Origin: Pseudomonadales bacterium
Lineage (GTDB): Bacteria; Patescibacteriota; Microgenomatia; UBA1400; PJMF01
NCBI GenBank assembly: GCA_020632265.1
Contig: JACKFW010000001.1
Location: 919,272-983,271, forward strand
Length of the DNA stretch: 64,000 nt
Direction of reading: 5' to 3'
Below, piece after piece: positions 51,266-61,650 of the stretch. The notes under the pieces are model-generated. The model was not told the DNA's origin. It saw only the letters and a list, made by a program, of their open reading frames with translations, and ran no database searches. How positions within the stretch are numbered: position 1 is the stretch's first letter; the number at the start of each line of letters is the position of its first letter. Made by a program: the position numbers and the translations under genes.

Positions 51266-51516
51266 AATTTCTATTTTATCAATAATTTGTGTTTATTTCT
51301 TATAGGGTTTTTATTAACAAAAAACTCCCTTTTGGGAGTCTGAGGTTAATTATAATTTTTTTAGCAACCTGCTCCCTTTATTTTTGGAAGTTAAAAAAGT
51401 AGCTTGAAAAAAAATTATTAGATAACATTATTTCAGATTATATAACGTTCTCTTGGATGTGGCAAATTTTAGCAATATTATTTGTCTTCATGTAAAAATC
51501 AGGTACAATTAAGGAC

Positions 51517-54291
51517 ATGGAAATAAACTTGACGAGATTAAAGCGAAAATCGCTCAGGCTGTTGAGGAAATACAATCCTTTTTCAAAAAAACCTACTTAT
51601 TCTAGAAGTCGGTTGGGCGTTAAATCAAGGATGAGTGTTCAGAATAAACAGCTACTTTATGCCAAACTGATGAGATTTTTTGCTTTTGGTAGTTTAATTG
51701 CTGTTGTTGGTGGAATTTTAGTATTTTTTATAGCATTTGCTTGGTTTTCAAGGAATCTACCTAAGCCCGGAGAAGTTGTTCGTAGGGATGGATTTAGTAC
51801 AAAAATTTTTGATCGAAACGATAAACTTCTTTATGATTTGTTTGATGATGAGAGAAGAACGCCAGTTTCTATAGCAGAAATTCCGAAAGATTTACAAAAT
51901 GCTACTGTTGCTATCGAGGATAAAGATTTTTACAAACATCAAGGTTTTGATATTCTAACTTTAATTAGAATTCCCTATAATGCGGTTTTTAGACGAAAAG
52001 TGATCGGTGGTTCAACCCTCACCCAACAGTTAGTTAAAAATGCTTTGCTCACAAATGAAAGATCGATTACCCGAAAGTTTAAAGAATTAGTTCTTTCACT
52101 TCAAATTGAACGTAAATTTACTAAGGATGAAATTTTGGAGATGTATCTCAATGAAGCGCCTTATGGAGGAACTGCATGGGGAGTAGGTACTGCTGCAGAA
52201 ATATATTTCAATAAGCCAGTAGGAGAACTTAATTTAGTTGAATCAGCTGTTCTAGCAGGCCTACCTCAAAGACCTTCATCATATTCACCTTATACAGGAA
52301 AAACCGATGATGATGGCCAGCCACTGTGGAAATTGAGAGCAAAGGGTGTTTTGAGGAGAATGGCAGAAGATGATTATATTACAGAGCTTGCCCACGAGCA
52401 AGCAGTTAGCGACTTAGACACTTTAGAATTTGAAAAGTCTGCAGTTTCAATCAAAGCTCCTCATTTTATATTTTATGTCAGTGATCTTTTAAGTGAGATG
52501 TTTGGGGATGAAGCAGTTGAGGCTGGCGGTTTTAAAGTCACCACTACTTTAGATTTGGAGATGCAAGAAAAAGCTCAAGAGATAGTTGCTTCGGAAGTGG
52601 ATAATGTTAATGATTTAAATATTACTAATGGCGCGGCTCTTGTTATGGATCCCAAAAATGGAGAAATTCTTAGCATGGTGGGAAGTAGAGACTATAATAA
52701 CGATGAAATTGGTGGTCAATACAATGTTGTTGTTGATGGCTTGAGACAACCTGGTTCTTCCATCAAACCAGTAACTTATTTGGCAATGATTCAGCAGGGT
52801 TATTCTCCCGCATCGATGATTGCGGATGTAGAAACAGTTTTTGCTCCACATGAAAATGCCAAGAAATATGAACCTAAAAATTATGATGGCAAGTTTAGAG
52901 GGCCTGTTTCTCTTAGGAATAGTTTGGGAAGTTCTTTAAATATTCCTGCTGTTAAATCTTTGGCAACAGTGGGAATTGACAACTTTTTAAGCCTTGCTTA
53001 TGACATGGGTTTTGTAACTCTAGAACCAACCCCTGAGAATAAGCAGAGATTCGGTCTGGCCGTAACTCTTGGAGGTGCTGAAGTTCATATGATCGATATG
53101 GTTACTGCGTATAGTTCTTTTGCAAATTATGGCGAAAAAATTGAACCAATTGCTATTTTGAAAATTGAAGATGTTGATGGAAATATAGTTTATGAGCATC
53201 GAGATGTAGAAGGTAGTCAGACGTTTTTACCTGAAGAAGCATTTATGATTAATAACATTCTTTCAGATAATTTTGCTAGAGCAATTGCTTTTGGCACAAA
53301 TTCGTTGTTAAACATCAACCCAAACGTCGCGGTTAAAACGGGAACCACTAATGATCAAAGAGATAACTGGGCCGTTGGTTGGAGTCAAGATGTCATTGTA
53401 GCAGCTTGGGTGGGAAATAATGATAATTCCGCAATGAAGAGTGTTGCTTCTGGTGTTTCTGGCGCCACTCCTATTTGGAGAAAAATTATGCTGATGGTTT
53501 TAGATTCTGATGAATACTCTGCTCCTGAATGGATAATCCCAGAAAATATAGAAAAAATTGCGGTTGATAAAATATCTGGTTGGCCTGCCCATGATGATTT
53601 TGAATCAAGAGAAGATTATATAATTTCTGGCACTTTGCCAGATGTTCCCGATCCAATTCATCAAAAACTTAAATTATGTAAAGGTGAGGATAAACTTGCT
53701 AGCGATGCTAGAATTGCCGCCAATGATTATGATGAAAAAGAATTCATTATACTTAGAGAAGATGACCCTTTTAGCACTGATGGCGTCAATAGATGGCAAC
53801 AAGGAATTGATGCCTGGATTAGTGCTCAAGAAGACTCTAGATATAAGTATCCAACAGAGTATTGCGGGGATACTAAGGAAATATATGTCAGAATTACTGA
53901 ACCAAGCGATAAGAAGAATTTTAGTGAGACGAATATTAAGGTAAAAGTCGAATCTGATTCTAGTGATGGTATCGAAAAGATAGAGTTATGGGTAGATGGA
54001 TCCTTGAGAGAGACAGTTAATAGTAGATCCTATGAGACAAATGTATCTATGTCTGCAGGTAAGCATGAACTAAAGGCTTTTGCATATTCTAGATCAGGAG
54101 AGAAAAAAGAAAGTTCTACGGTTCGGATTGGAACGGGTGGTATTGCATGGGATCAGCCGGATCCAACACCAACTCCAGTGCCTACTTCATCGCCAACTCC
54201 AACACCGACGCCAACTCCCACACCCAAACCTACACCGACGCCAACGGTGACACCTACTCCAACACCTACACCCACTCCATCTGGAACTTAA
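51517..54291 (+). CDS. Class A penicillin-binding protein (transglycosylase + transpeptidase) with Pro/Thr-rich C-terminal tail
   Basis: GT51 motifs (EDKDFYKHQGFD, GGSTLTQQL) and transpeptidase SxxK (SSIKP), SxN and KTGT. The final ~50 aa are PTPTP repeats. Confidence 0.85.
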   Translation: MEINLTRLKRKSLRLLRKYNPFSKKPTYSRSRLGVKSRMSVQNKQLLYAKLMRFFAFGSLIAVVGGILVFFIAFAWFSRNLPKPGEVVRRDGFSTKIFDRNDKLLYDLFDDERRTPVSIAEIPKDLQNATVAIEDKDFYKHQGFDILTLIRIPYNAVFRRKVIGGSTLTQQLVKNALLTNERSITRKFKELVLSLQIERKFTKDEILEMYLNEAPYGGTAWGVGTAAEIYFNKPVGELNLVESAVLAGLPQRPSSYSPYTGKTDDDGQPLWKLRAKGVLRRMAEDDYITELAHEQAVSDLDTLEFEKSAVSIKAPHFIFYVSDLLSEMFGDEAVEAGGFKVTTTLDLEMQEKAQEIVASEVDNVNDLNITNGAALVMDPKNGEILSMVGSRDYNNDEIGGQYNVVVDGLRQPGSSIKPVTYLAMIQQGYSPASMIADVETVFAPHENAKKYEPKNYDGKFRGPVSLRNSLGSSLNIPAVKSLATVGIDNFLSLAYDMGFVTLEPTPENKQRFGLAVTLGGAEVHMIDMVTAYSSFANYGEKIEPIAILKIEDVDGNIVYEHRDVEGSQTFLPEEAFMINNILSDNFARAIAFGTNSLLNINPNVAVKTGTTNDQRDNWAVGWSQDVIVAAWVGNNDNSAMKSVASGVSGATPIWRKIMLMVLDSDEYSAPEWIIPENIEKIAVDKISGWPAHDDFESREDYIISGTLPDVPDPIHQKLKLCKGEDKLASDARIAANDYDEKEFIILREDDPFSTDGVNRWQQGIDAWISAQEDSRYKYPTEYCGDTKEIYVRITEPSDKKNFSETNIKVKVESDSSDGIEKIELWVDGSLRETVNSRSYETNVSMSAGKHELKAFAYSRSGEKKESSTVRIGTGGIAWDQPDPTPTPVPTSSPTPTPTPTPTPKPTPTPTVTPTPTPTPTPSGT

Positions 54292-54306
54292 ATGGTGGCT
54301 TTCAAA

Positions 54307-55734
54307 TTATTGATTATTTATTCGCGACAGCGTAATTACAAAAACGAGTAGCAATAATCCAGAATTAAGAGTTACAAGATAATGGTCTAGGAGCGCGATT
54401 GGTACGAGGATTAACATCCAAAGCCAATTATCTGTTGAATGCAATTTTTGAGCGTAGTAAATAGAAGTGACCACAATTAATATTCCAATTATTCCAGATT
54501 CCGCGATTAATAATAAGAAAATATTATGAGCAGGTTGCACGAACCTAACTATTTCATTATTAGAACTATATTTTTCTACGTTTCCAGTAAAGTTATTTAA
54601 GCCAACTCCAAGCACTAAGTTATTCTTAGTCATAGTAATTGCTGCATTATTGAGATAACTTCTTCTATCAAGACTTGGATTATCGGGATAATTATTTGAT
54701 AGAAAATTAATTGAAATAATACTAGATAACAAAAGACTGAAGCATAAAATAAGAAAGTATTTAAATGAAAAAATGTTTTTAATTTTTTTGAAAGTACTTT
54801 TACAAAATTTTTGGTTGAGAGTTAACATTAACCCTAAAGTGAGTGCGATTATTGCGGAAATAGATTGGGTTAAAAGAACGGTTGATAGCGATAAAAATAT
54901 TACTACTATTTTGAAAATTCTATAAATTAAATTTGGCTGATTTTTTGACTTGATTGAAATGCTATTTTTGAAAATAAAAAGCAAATATAAAGCAAGCATT
55001 CCTCCTAGCACATTTGGGTGTGGCGTGGTCCCATACGGTAATATTTTTTCGACCCCAAGTAAACTACTTTTGGCAATTCCAATATAATTATTTAGGTTTG
55101 GTTCTCCGAAGAAATAGAAACCAGAAAGAGATTTTTGATTTATATATTGATATAGACCTAAGAGTGATTGAAAAAGTAAAGTAATTATTACTGCATTGTG
55201 TAGAAAATATTTATTAATTTTGTTTTTATTGATAATAACTATGTGTGAAAAGAAACTCAGTTCAATCAACTTTAACAAATAAAATATTGCAGAAAGTGGG
55301 AAAAGTGACCAAAATTGTCTTAGAAAAAAAATCACTAAAAGCAAAAAGAACAAAGGTTTTTTGAGGGTTTGGAAATTTTTTTTGAGTTTAAGTTTAAAAA
55401 AGTTTTGTATTTTCTCTTTGAGTGAGCGTCTTTTATGCAAAGATTCAAATAGAAAGATTAATATTAAAATCAAGATGAAAATGTCAGAAAGATATAACTT
55501 TGGGATTAAATAATCAACTCTCAGTCCATTTACAAAAGCTTTCATTTCAAAAAACTTTAGGAAAAAATTACTAGGTAATAGAAAAATAATAATCCCCAAA
55601 CAAATATTCAATGCAAGTGTAAATATATTTGACTTTTTCATAATTTGTAATTGAAATTCACTACCTTGCTTGGATTTTAGCATTATTTTGAACTTGAATT
55701 TTGCAGATTCCCTAATGGTAATTCTACCAGACAA
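54307..55734 (-). CDS. Polytopic membrane protein, possibly O-antigen ligase/Wzy-like
   Basis: About 12 predicted TM helices with one larger loop. The assignment rests on topology alone. Confidence 0.3.
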   Translation of the reverse strand: MSGRITIRESAKFKFKIMLKSKQGSEFQLQIMKKSNIFTLALNICLGIIIFLLPSNFFLKFFEMKAFVNGLRVDYLIPKLYLSDIFILILILIFLFESLHKRRSLKEKIQNFFKLKLKKNFQTLKKPLFFLLLVIFFLRQFWSLFPLSAIFYLLKLIELSFFSHIVIINKNKINKYFLHNAVIITLLFQSLLGLYQYINQKSLSGFYFFGEPNLNNYIGIAKSSLLGVEKILPYGTTPHPNVLGGMLALYLLFIFKNSISIKSKNQPNLIYRIFKIVVIFLSLSTVLLTQSISAIIALTLGLMLTLNQKFCKSTFKKIKNIFSFKYFLILCFSLLLSSIISINFLSNNYPDNPSLDRRSYLNNAAITMTKNNLVLGVGLNNFTGNVEKYSSNNEIVRFVQPAHNIFLLLIAESGIIGILIVVTSIYYAQKLHSTDNWLWMLILVPIALLDHYLVTLNSGLLLLVFVITLSRINNQ

Positions 55735-55740
55735 ATTAAA

Positions 55741-55772
55741 AAACCCGCTATTTTAAGCGGGTTTAGTTTTTA
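55741..55772. terminator. Hairpin aaacccgc-tattttaa-gcgggttt flanked by A/T runs (terminator for rplT on the minus strand; possibly bidirectional)
   Basis: Seen in sequence. Confidence 0.45.
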
Positions 55773-55825
55773 TTTTGAATTATTTATAATTTGTGCTGTT
55801 GCTCAAGTCAACAAATTATCTGAAA

Positions 55826-56197
55826 TTATTTTTTTTCAGTACCTTTTAGGGAGCTTGCGGAAACAATATCTTTAAATGTTCTAAAATCTGCAATTGCAAT
55901 TTCAGAAAGCATTTTACGATTTATAGAAATATTCGCATTTTTAAGTGCGTTGATAAATCTAGAATATTGCATTGTTTCGTCAATTTCTTTGATAGCGGCG
56001 TTAATTCTGAGAATCCAGAGTTTGCGCATGTCTCTTTTTCTAAGTTTTCGACCAATATAGGCATATTTTCCAGCATGTAATAGAGCTTCTTTTGCTCTTT
56101 TGTAAAGTCGATTGTTTGTGCCTCTAAAACCTTTGGTAAGATTTAGTACTTTTTTATGTCGTTTGCTTCTTGTTGTTCCACTTTTAACTCTTGGCAT
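55826..56197 (-). CDS. rplT: 50S ribosomal protein L20
   Basis: MPRVKSGTTRSKRHKKVL...YIGRKLRKRDMRKLWI. Confidence 0.9.
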   Translation of the reverse strand: MPRVKSGTTRSKRHKKVLNLTKGFRGTNNRLYKRAKEALLHAGKYAYIGRKLRKRDMRKLWILRINAAIKEIDETMQYSRFINALKNANISINRKMLSEIAIADFRTFKDIVSASSLKGTEKK

Positions 56198-56221
56198 GAT
56201 TTATTTTCCTATCCTTTGATT

Positions 56222-56425
56222 TTATGCTAAACCAAGCATTCGCTTGATCTTTCGAGCAAATTTACCTACAACTTCCGTTGGCTTTCGATATGCTCTAATT
56301 GCTTTTTTACTTTTAATTCTTCTTCTGTGTCTCATGTTTTGAGAACGTCTTAGGACTTTGCCTGTTGAGGTAATCTTAAATCTTTTGGCGACTCCACTTC
56401 TAGTTTTTTGTTTAATTTTTTTCAT
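56222..56425 (-). CDS. rpmI: 50S ribosomal protein L35
   Basis: MKKIKQKTRSGVAKRFKITSTGKVLR... Confidence 0.9.
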   Translation of the reverse strand: MKKIKQKTRSGVAKRFKITSTGKVLRRSQNMRHRRRIKSKKAIRAYRKPTEVVGKFARKIKRMLGLA

Positions 56426-56996
56426 TTATAATTCCCTTTTTTGCTTGTACCCTTGAAGGTATCGGCATCAACTGAGCAAGTAGTTTTTTTCCCATAAGTT
56501 TAGGAACCACTTCTACGGTTGAATATTCTTTTGTATTTTCGATCACTCTTTCAAAAATATTAAACCCAAATTCTTTCTTTGTGATTGCTCTACCTTTAAA
56601 AAGCAATGTAAGTCTAACTTTATCTCCTTTTTTCAAGAAAGTTGTTACTTTCTTAAGGCGAGAATTGAAGTCTCCATCACTCATAAATGGAGTAAATCTA
56701 ACTTCTTTTAAGCCTTGAGCTCTGGCCTTTTTTCGGCCCTGAGTTCTTTTCTGTTGTTCTTGATATTTATACTTAGCAAGATCAATTATTTTAACAATTG
56801 GAGGATTAGCTTTCTCATTGATCAAAACAAGATCTTTGTCTGCTTCTCTGGCTTTTGCTAGCGCCTCGTCTCGAGACATTAAGCCAACCATTTCTCCACG
56901 CTCGGTAAGTACTCTTACCTCTGATGCTCTAATCAATAAGTTTACAGTTATTCTTTTGTTATAAGAGCTTTTATTTTTACCTGGTTTTATTCTCAC
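56412..56996 (-). CDS. infC: Translation initiation factor IF-3 (GTG start)
   Basis: NKRITVNLLIRASEVRVL...EALAKAREADKDLVLI... Canonical infC-rpmI-rplT order. Confidence 0.85.
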   Translation of the reverse strand: MRIKPGKNKSSYNKRITVNLLIRASEVRVLTERGEMVGLMSRDEALAKAREADKDLVLINEKANPPIVKIIDLAKYKYQEQQKRTQGRKKARAQGLKEVRFTPFMSDGDFNSRLKKVTTFLKKGDKVRLTLLFKGRAITKKEFGFNIFERVIENTKEYSTVEVVPKLMGKKLLAQLMPIPSRVQAKKGIINEKN

Positions 56997-57183
56997 GTTT
57001 TAAAGTATTGTCCTTTAATAAATATTTTTATTTATTTGTTATTATAATAGGTTGTATTGTACATCAAGTACGTAATTTTTCAAAAGACAACCCACTCTTA
57101 TTCAGAGAAACAGTATTATATCATCTAAAATTCTAATTGTTAAAGAGAGATTTTTTGTTATAATTTACACCTGTAAATAAAGT

Positions 57184-57260
57184 GAACTTGTAGCTCAGTT
57201 GGTTAGAGCGCTTCGTTGACATCGAAGAGGTCAGAGGTTCGAGTCCTCTCAAGTTCACCA
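57184..57260 (+). tRNA. tRNA-Val (anticodon GAC), CCA encoded
   Basis: Hand fold: acceptor GAACTTG/CAAGTTC, D-arm GCTC...GAGC, anticodon stem CTTCG/CGAAG with loop TTGACAT, T-arm AGAGGTTCGAGTCCTCT, discriminator A followed by CCA. Confidence 0.8.
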
Positions 57261-57261
57261 T

Positions 57262-58587
57262 TTAGTTTTCTTTCTCTTCCCACTTTTTCCAGATATCAAA
57301 AACCATTTGAGTATATTCATTCCAATAGCTATATTCCTTAGGAAGGATACCTAGTCTTGCTTGGGCAATTACATCTACGATAACCTCTTCGGTAGGATGT
57401 GTGCCAATGTCAGTAGAATGAACGGCTGAGTTGTAAACTGCATCAGTAGGTCTTGAATGATGATTATCCATGAGATATTTATCCATTAGCATCACTCCTT
57501 TCCAGATTTGATCTTCAGAAACATCTAATTGTGCTGCAATTTCTTTAATACGCACTCCTTTAAACCAGAAAATTTCTTCTCTTTTAACTTCGGTGCCATC
57601 TTCTTTCAGGTGAGTTTTTTTATTTGAGTCTAGCTCAGTTGTTGCATCCGTTTGACTCAGGGCATAAAGCGCATTTTCAACAATTTTTATTTCATATAAG
57701 TAGGTGGTTGTGTCTGGTTTAGATTCGCGTCCATTAAATCCATAGTAACGCAAATACCACTCATTCAGAGCCTTAAGTCTTAATTCGGTTAATTGAAGTA
57801 ATTCTTGAGGGGTGATAAGAGAATAATTTCGATCAAGATACTCCCAGCAGGTTGGTATTACCATACAATGGCCAATTTGATGAAGATTCATCCAAGCCAT
57901 AGTTGGACTTTTATGTTTTGCCTCAATTGGAGCATGATGATTTGATTCGATTGGAAAGGGTTCTTTCCATTCACTCGGAACAGTTTTTGATTCACTCGAA
58001 GTTAACAAAAGTGTATTAATACCTTTGATAATTTTTGTTGCTAAAGCTGGCAAGCTCATTTGATGAGGGTTTTCGGCAAATGCATTTGCTAAGGGTACTC
58101 TGCCCCAAACTGTTTGGTTGCCTCTTGTAATAAATATTGTTGATAGTGATCCTTTGGGTAAATATTTTTCAAGAAAATCTAGTTGAGGTTGGGTTTCGTC
58201 TCGATTTATTCCTGGCTCCATGTTCACCACCCTAGTTTTTCTGGTTTTGACAACGTTATTCATCATTGGCTCATTCCAAAACGGATCATCTTGGTTATTT
58301 AAATGTTTCATAAGCTCTCTCGCAATTTTAGGGTGAATGCCATTCCAAAAAGGCATCGGTAGGTTTTCTGCCAAAGTAAGTATATTTTTCCAGGTTTCTC
58401 CCAATGGATTGTTTGGAATATTTTCCTTAGTTTCCATTTGATTCGCAAATTCTTGCTCTCTATAAACAAGACCAGAAACCAACCCCGCTGGTCCATCAAA
58501 AGTATTGGTGATATTATTCCTGAGGAAGTGGCGAGCTCTAGAGGCAGCGGCAACAATGGCATTTCTATCTAATGATAGTTCTTTCAT
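57262..58587 (-). CDS. Hypothetical protein (441 aa)
   Basis: No family recognised. The C-terminal segment WFKGVRIKEIAAQLDVSEDQIWKGV is HTH-like. Visibly GC-richer than its surroundings. The stop codon lies 2 nt from the tRNA-Val 3' end. Confidence 0.35.
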   Translation of the reverse strand: MKELSLDRNAIVAAASRARHFLRNNITNTFDGPAGLVSGLVYREQEFANQMETKENIPNNPLGETWKNILTLAENLPMPFWNGIHPKIARELMKHLNNQDDPFWNEPMMNNVVKTRKTRVVNMEPGINRDETQPQLDFLEKYLPKGSLSTIFITRGNQTVWGRVPLANAFAENPHQMSLPALATKIIKGINTLLLTSSESKTVPSEWKEPFPIESNHHAPIEAKHKSPTMAWMNLHQIGHCMVIPTCWEYLDRNYSLITPQELLQLTELRLKALNEWYLRYYGFNGRESKPDTTTYLYEIKIVENALYALSQTDATTELDSNKKTHLKEDGTEVKREEIFWFKGVRIKEIAAQLDVSEDQIWKGVMLMDKYLMDNHHSRPTDAVYNSAVHSTDIGTHPTEEVIVDVIAQARLGILPKEYSYWNEYTQMVFDIWKKWEEKEN

Positions 58588-58741
58588 GAAAATTAGTATA
58601 GCAAAATTTTTGGTTTAAATTATTAATTAAAAAACTGGCACATACTTTAATTTTGTCTTTTTGCAACAGTTTTTTAAAAAAAGCTCTGTATTTTTACAGA
58701 GCATTGGGTTTGGTCATTAATTTTAAAACATTTAGGAGTGG

Positions 58742-59449
58742 TTATTCACCAGCGTTATTTCTTTCTTCATTCATAAAAAATTGATCTATTTGAGTTCTTT
58801 GTTCGTGACCAGAGGTTTTGACCACTCCAGCACCGAACTTGCCTCCCCCTCTTCGTCTTTTATCTATTTTTGCTTTAGTTTCCTGCCTCCATCTTTTTGA
58901 GCTTGTTGTGCTTCTATTTTCCCTGATAGCCATAAGATTCATTTTTTGCCAGAAGATTGTATAGCCAGTTCCCTCAGTTGTTCTGTTTGATCCTTGATGA
59001 ACTTTAGCTTGAGCAGCAATAGCATCCATTTTTCTGTTTCTTGGTTCTTGGCTTAAAGTGCTTAGGAATATATGTTGCAATTCTACAACTCTTGCAGCAG
59101 TTTTTGCTTCTGCATTTCTATACACTTCAACTTGAGCTGTGTCGTCGGCTTTAATTCGAGCCCGGTGTTCTAAAAGTGCTTGTTGTTCTGCTTGTGCAGC
59201 AGCTTCTCGATCTGCACGAACTTGAGCTGCTACTCCAGGTGAATCATATCCTGCATTTTGCAGTGATTCAGGAGAGAATTTAGGTGGTTCAGATTTCTTT
59301 GTACTGCTTCGCGAATTTTTATTTGAAGCCTCAAATGCCATTCGAAGCGCATTTATATCGTCATTTCTTTTTGGAAATTCTGGACTCAATGTACTTGATC
59401 CTGCTGTTGCATGAGCACCAAATTGTGTGTTATTATTTTGACTTACCAT
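58742..59449 (-). CDS. Hypothetical protein (235 aa), Ala/Gln-rich coiled region and basic Gly-rich C-terminus
   Basis: ORF only. GC-richer block. Confidence 0.3.
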   Translation of the reverse strand: MVSQNNNTQFGAHATAGSSTLSPEFPKRNDDINALRMAFEASNKNSRSSTKKSEPPKFSPESLQNAGYDSPGVAAQVRADREAAAQAEQQALLEHRARIKADDTAQVEVYRNAEAKTAARVVELQHIFLSTLSQEPRNRKMDAIAAQAKVHQGSNRTTEGTGYTIFWQKMNLMAIRENRSTTSSKRWRQETKAKIDKRRRGGGKFGAGVVKTSGHEQRTQIDQFFMNEERNNAGE

Positions 59450-59546
59450 TATTTGTGTTCTTTACTTACCTCTAGATACTACAATGTATCTTTAAAATCG
59501 CCTTATTATAGGCTTACAGGGCAGTATTGTCAACAAGTTGTTTTTT

Positions 59547-60518
59547 CTATTTGATTTCAAACAAAAAATCGGCAACTTTATTTCTAATGATTGTCTGATT
59601 CATCATGTCCACATATCTGGAATCAGCTTTTTGTTTCTCTCTAACTTCTTTATCTTTAATCTTTTCGAATTCTGCATCCAAATCACTTGAACTGACTTCA
59701 ATCTTTTCAGTTTGTGCAATTTTGTCAATAATGAAACTCATTTGAAGTCTTCCGAGTGCTCCTGCAGCCAGTTCACTGGAAAGATCTTCTATGGTCATTT
59801 TTCGATGCTCAAGGAATCTTTCAAATGGAATATTCATATGTTTAAGTCTGTGACTTAAACTCTCTAAATCATAATTAACTTCTTCTTTGACCAATAGTTC
59901 TTGAACTTTTGGTCTGATTGTTTGAATTAAGTCTCGATAAATATATTGAAGGGTAAAATCTTTCTTCTCAGTTTCGGTTAGTGTCTTTTTTTCGATTCTA
60001 CCCTCTTTTTTAGTGTCTTTATCCTTATCTTTGTCTTTCTTTTTTTCTAATTTCTCCATTTCTTTTAATTGCTTTTCGATTTCCGACCCAGCATTTTTTT
60101 TGGCTTTTCTTACAATTTCTTTATATGATTTCAAATCAACTTCTGGTTTTTCAGCAATATGAGCTTCGATAATCCAATCTTCTCCTTTGTTAAGTGAGAT
60201 TGGGTCAAACATTGGCATTGTCAGAGGATGAAGCTTTTTTTTGACTATTTCTCTTGAGTAAATTTCTGGAACAACTAGTTGTAGGGCATCTTCGATAATT
60301 TGTTGAGGGTTTAGATTTTCTTCTGCAATTTTTGGAGGGACGTTTCCTTTTCTAAATCCATCAATTTTTATTTTTTTAGCAAGTTTGCCAAGAGCTTTTT
60401 TATATGCTTGTTGAGCTTCATTTTTAGGAATAATTAATTTAATAATTGTATTTGGTGAAATTAATGATTGTTTTTCATCAGCCACTTTTTTTGTTGGTTT
60501 TGGTGTTGGTTTGTTCAT
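59547..60518 (-). CDS. tig: Trigger factor (short form, ribosome-binding N-domain plus C-domain)
   Basis: KIDGFRKGNVPPKIAEENLNPQQIIEDALQLVVPEIY matches the trigger-factor signature GFRxGxxP. 323 aa, so the PPIase domain is likely reduced or absent. Confidence 0.7.
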   Translation of the reverse strand: MNKPTPKPTKKVADEKQSLISPNTIIKLIIPKNEAQQAYKKALGKLAKKIKIDGFRKGNVPPKIAEENLNPQQIIEDALQLVVPEIYSREIVKKKLHPLTMPMFDPISLNKGEDWIIEAHIAEKPEVDLKSYKEIVRKAKKNAGSEIEKQLKEMEKLEKKKDKDKDKDTKKEGRIEKKTLTETEKKDFTLQYIYRDLIQTIRPKVQELLVKEEVNYDLESLSHRLKHMNIPFERFLEHRKMTIEDLSSELAAGALGRLQMSFIIDKIAQTEKIEVSSSDLDAEFEKIKDKEVREKQKADSRYVDMMNQTIIRNKVADFLFEIK

Positions 60519-60616
60519 AGTGGTGCATTATACCTCAATAAGTTTTTTTTGGGAGATGGTATAATATTTGGTAACAATTAATCCCTGTGGATGGGATCTC
60601 AAACAAGGAGTGCTTA

Positions 60617-61441
60617 ATGGCTAACAAACAAATTTTACTTCATCATATAGATGACTACGTTTCTGGCGGTCTTGAATTTGCCGAAATAGATACTAAGTTG
60701 CATGCATATTTAAATGAACCTGAGAATGTCACGATTCATGATTTATCAGTTCCTTCACTTGATACAGTTGCTTTGGGATTTGCAACTGGCCAATTGGCTT
60801 ATGCAGATACAAATGGTAAAAAAATGTTCATTTATGGCAATTGTGCTCCAAGAAGAACTAGTACTAAGGCTCAAAAGAACAATATTGATCACGGAATTAA
60901 ATACGCTAAATTAAAAAATGGTGTTGAGATTATTAATGTTTGGTCTGACTACGCATTTGGTTTTGTTAAAAAAGATATTGTTGAGTTTAGAGATATCGAT
61001 TGTCCAAACGCTGGTTCACAATTTAGATCAAGAGATTTTTTTCCAAAAGCTGTGGCTAAAATTATCAATGGTGATTATAGCGAACTAGGTAAAAAACTTG
61101 ATGTCAATGATATTCCAGATATTCCAAATAATTTGGTTTCTTGGACTGATGGTTTTGGAAATATAAAAACTACAATGAGACGTTCTGATTTAGAGAAACT
61201 CGGTCTTAATCCAGGAGATAAACTGCAAGTTATTTTGAACGAAGTTAGCATGATAGGTATTCTTTCAACCGGAGGTTTTCAAGTTGATAGAGGAGTTTTG
61301 GCAATTAATGCAGGCTCTAGTGGCTATGATGATCCTTTTATCGAGCTTTTCTTGAGAGTTCATCAGATTTCAGAAAAAACTGCATCCGTAAGATTTGGAT
61401 ATCCAGTAGGCGGTACCGTTTTTAAAATTAAGCAATTGTAA
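60617..61441 (+). CDS. Hypothetical protein, possibly SAM hydroxide adenosyltransferase (DUF62)-like
   Basis: Start re-called at ATG 60617, with AAGGAG 6 nt upstream. A weak resemblance to DUF62 blocks (VTIHDLSVP..DTVALGFATGQLAY ; FIYGNCAPR). Confidence 0.3.
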   Translation: MANKQILLHHIDDYVSGGLEFAEIDTKLHAYLNEPENVTIHDLSVPSLDTVALGFATGQLAYADTNGKKMFIYGNCAPRRTSTKAQKNNIDHGIKYAKLKNGVEIINVWSDYAFGFVKKDIVEFRDIDCPNAGSQFRSRDFFPKAVAKIINGDYSELGKKLDVNDIPDIPNNLVSWTDGFGNIKTTMRRSDLEKLGLNPGDKLQVILNEVSMIGILSTGGFQVDRGVLAINAGSSGYDDPFIELFLRVHQISEKTASVRFGYPVGGTVFKIKQL

Positions 61442-61512
61442 AAATTCTAGATTAAGTTTTTAGATTGGGCTTCTTCTTTTTTATTGTTGGTTTATAATAA
61501 TTGAGATTGAGT

Positions 61513-61589
61513 GGCGCGTTACCAGAGTGGTCTAATGGCTAGGTCTGCAAAACCTCAGTTCGCGGGTTCAAATCCCGCACGCGCCTCCA
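61513..61589 (+). tRNA. tRNA-Cys (anticodon GCA), CCA encoded
   Basis: Acceptor GGCGCGT/ACGCGCC, discriminator U, T-arm GCGGGTTCAAATCCCGC, anticodon loop CTGCAAA. The D-arm pairing is atypical or short. Confidence 0.75.
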
Positions 61590-61650
61590 ATTAATCAGAT
61601 GTTTGAAATAAGTTTTCATATCTGTAATTATTAATTATATTTTTTAATTT

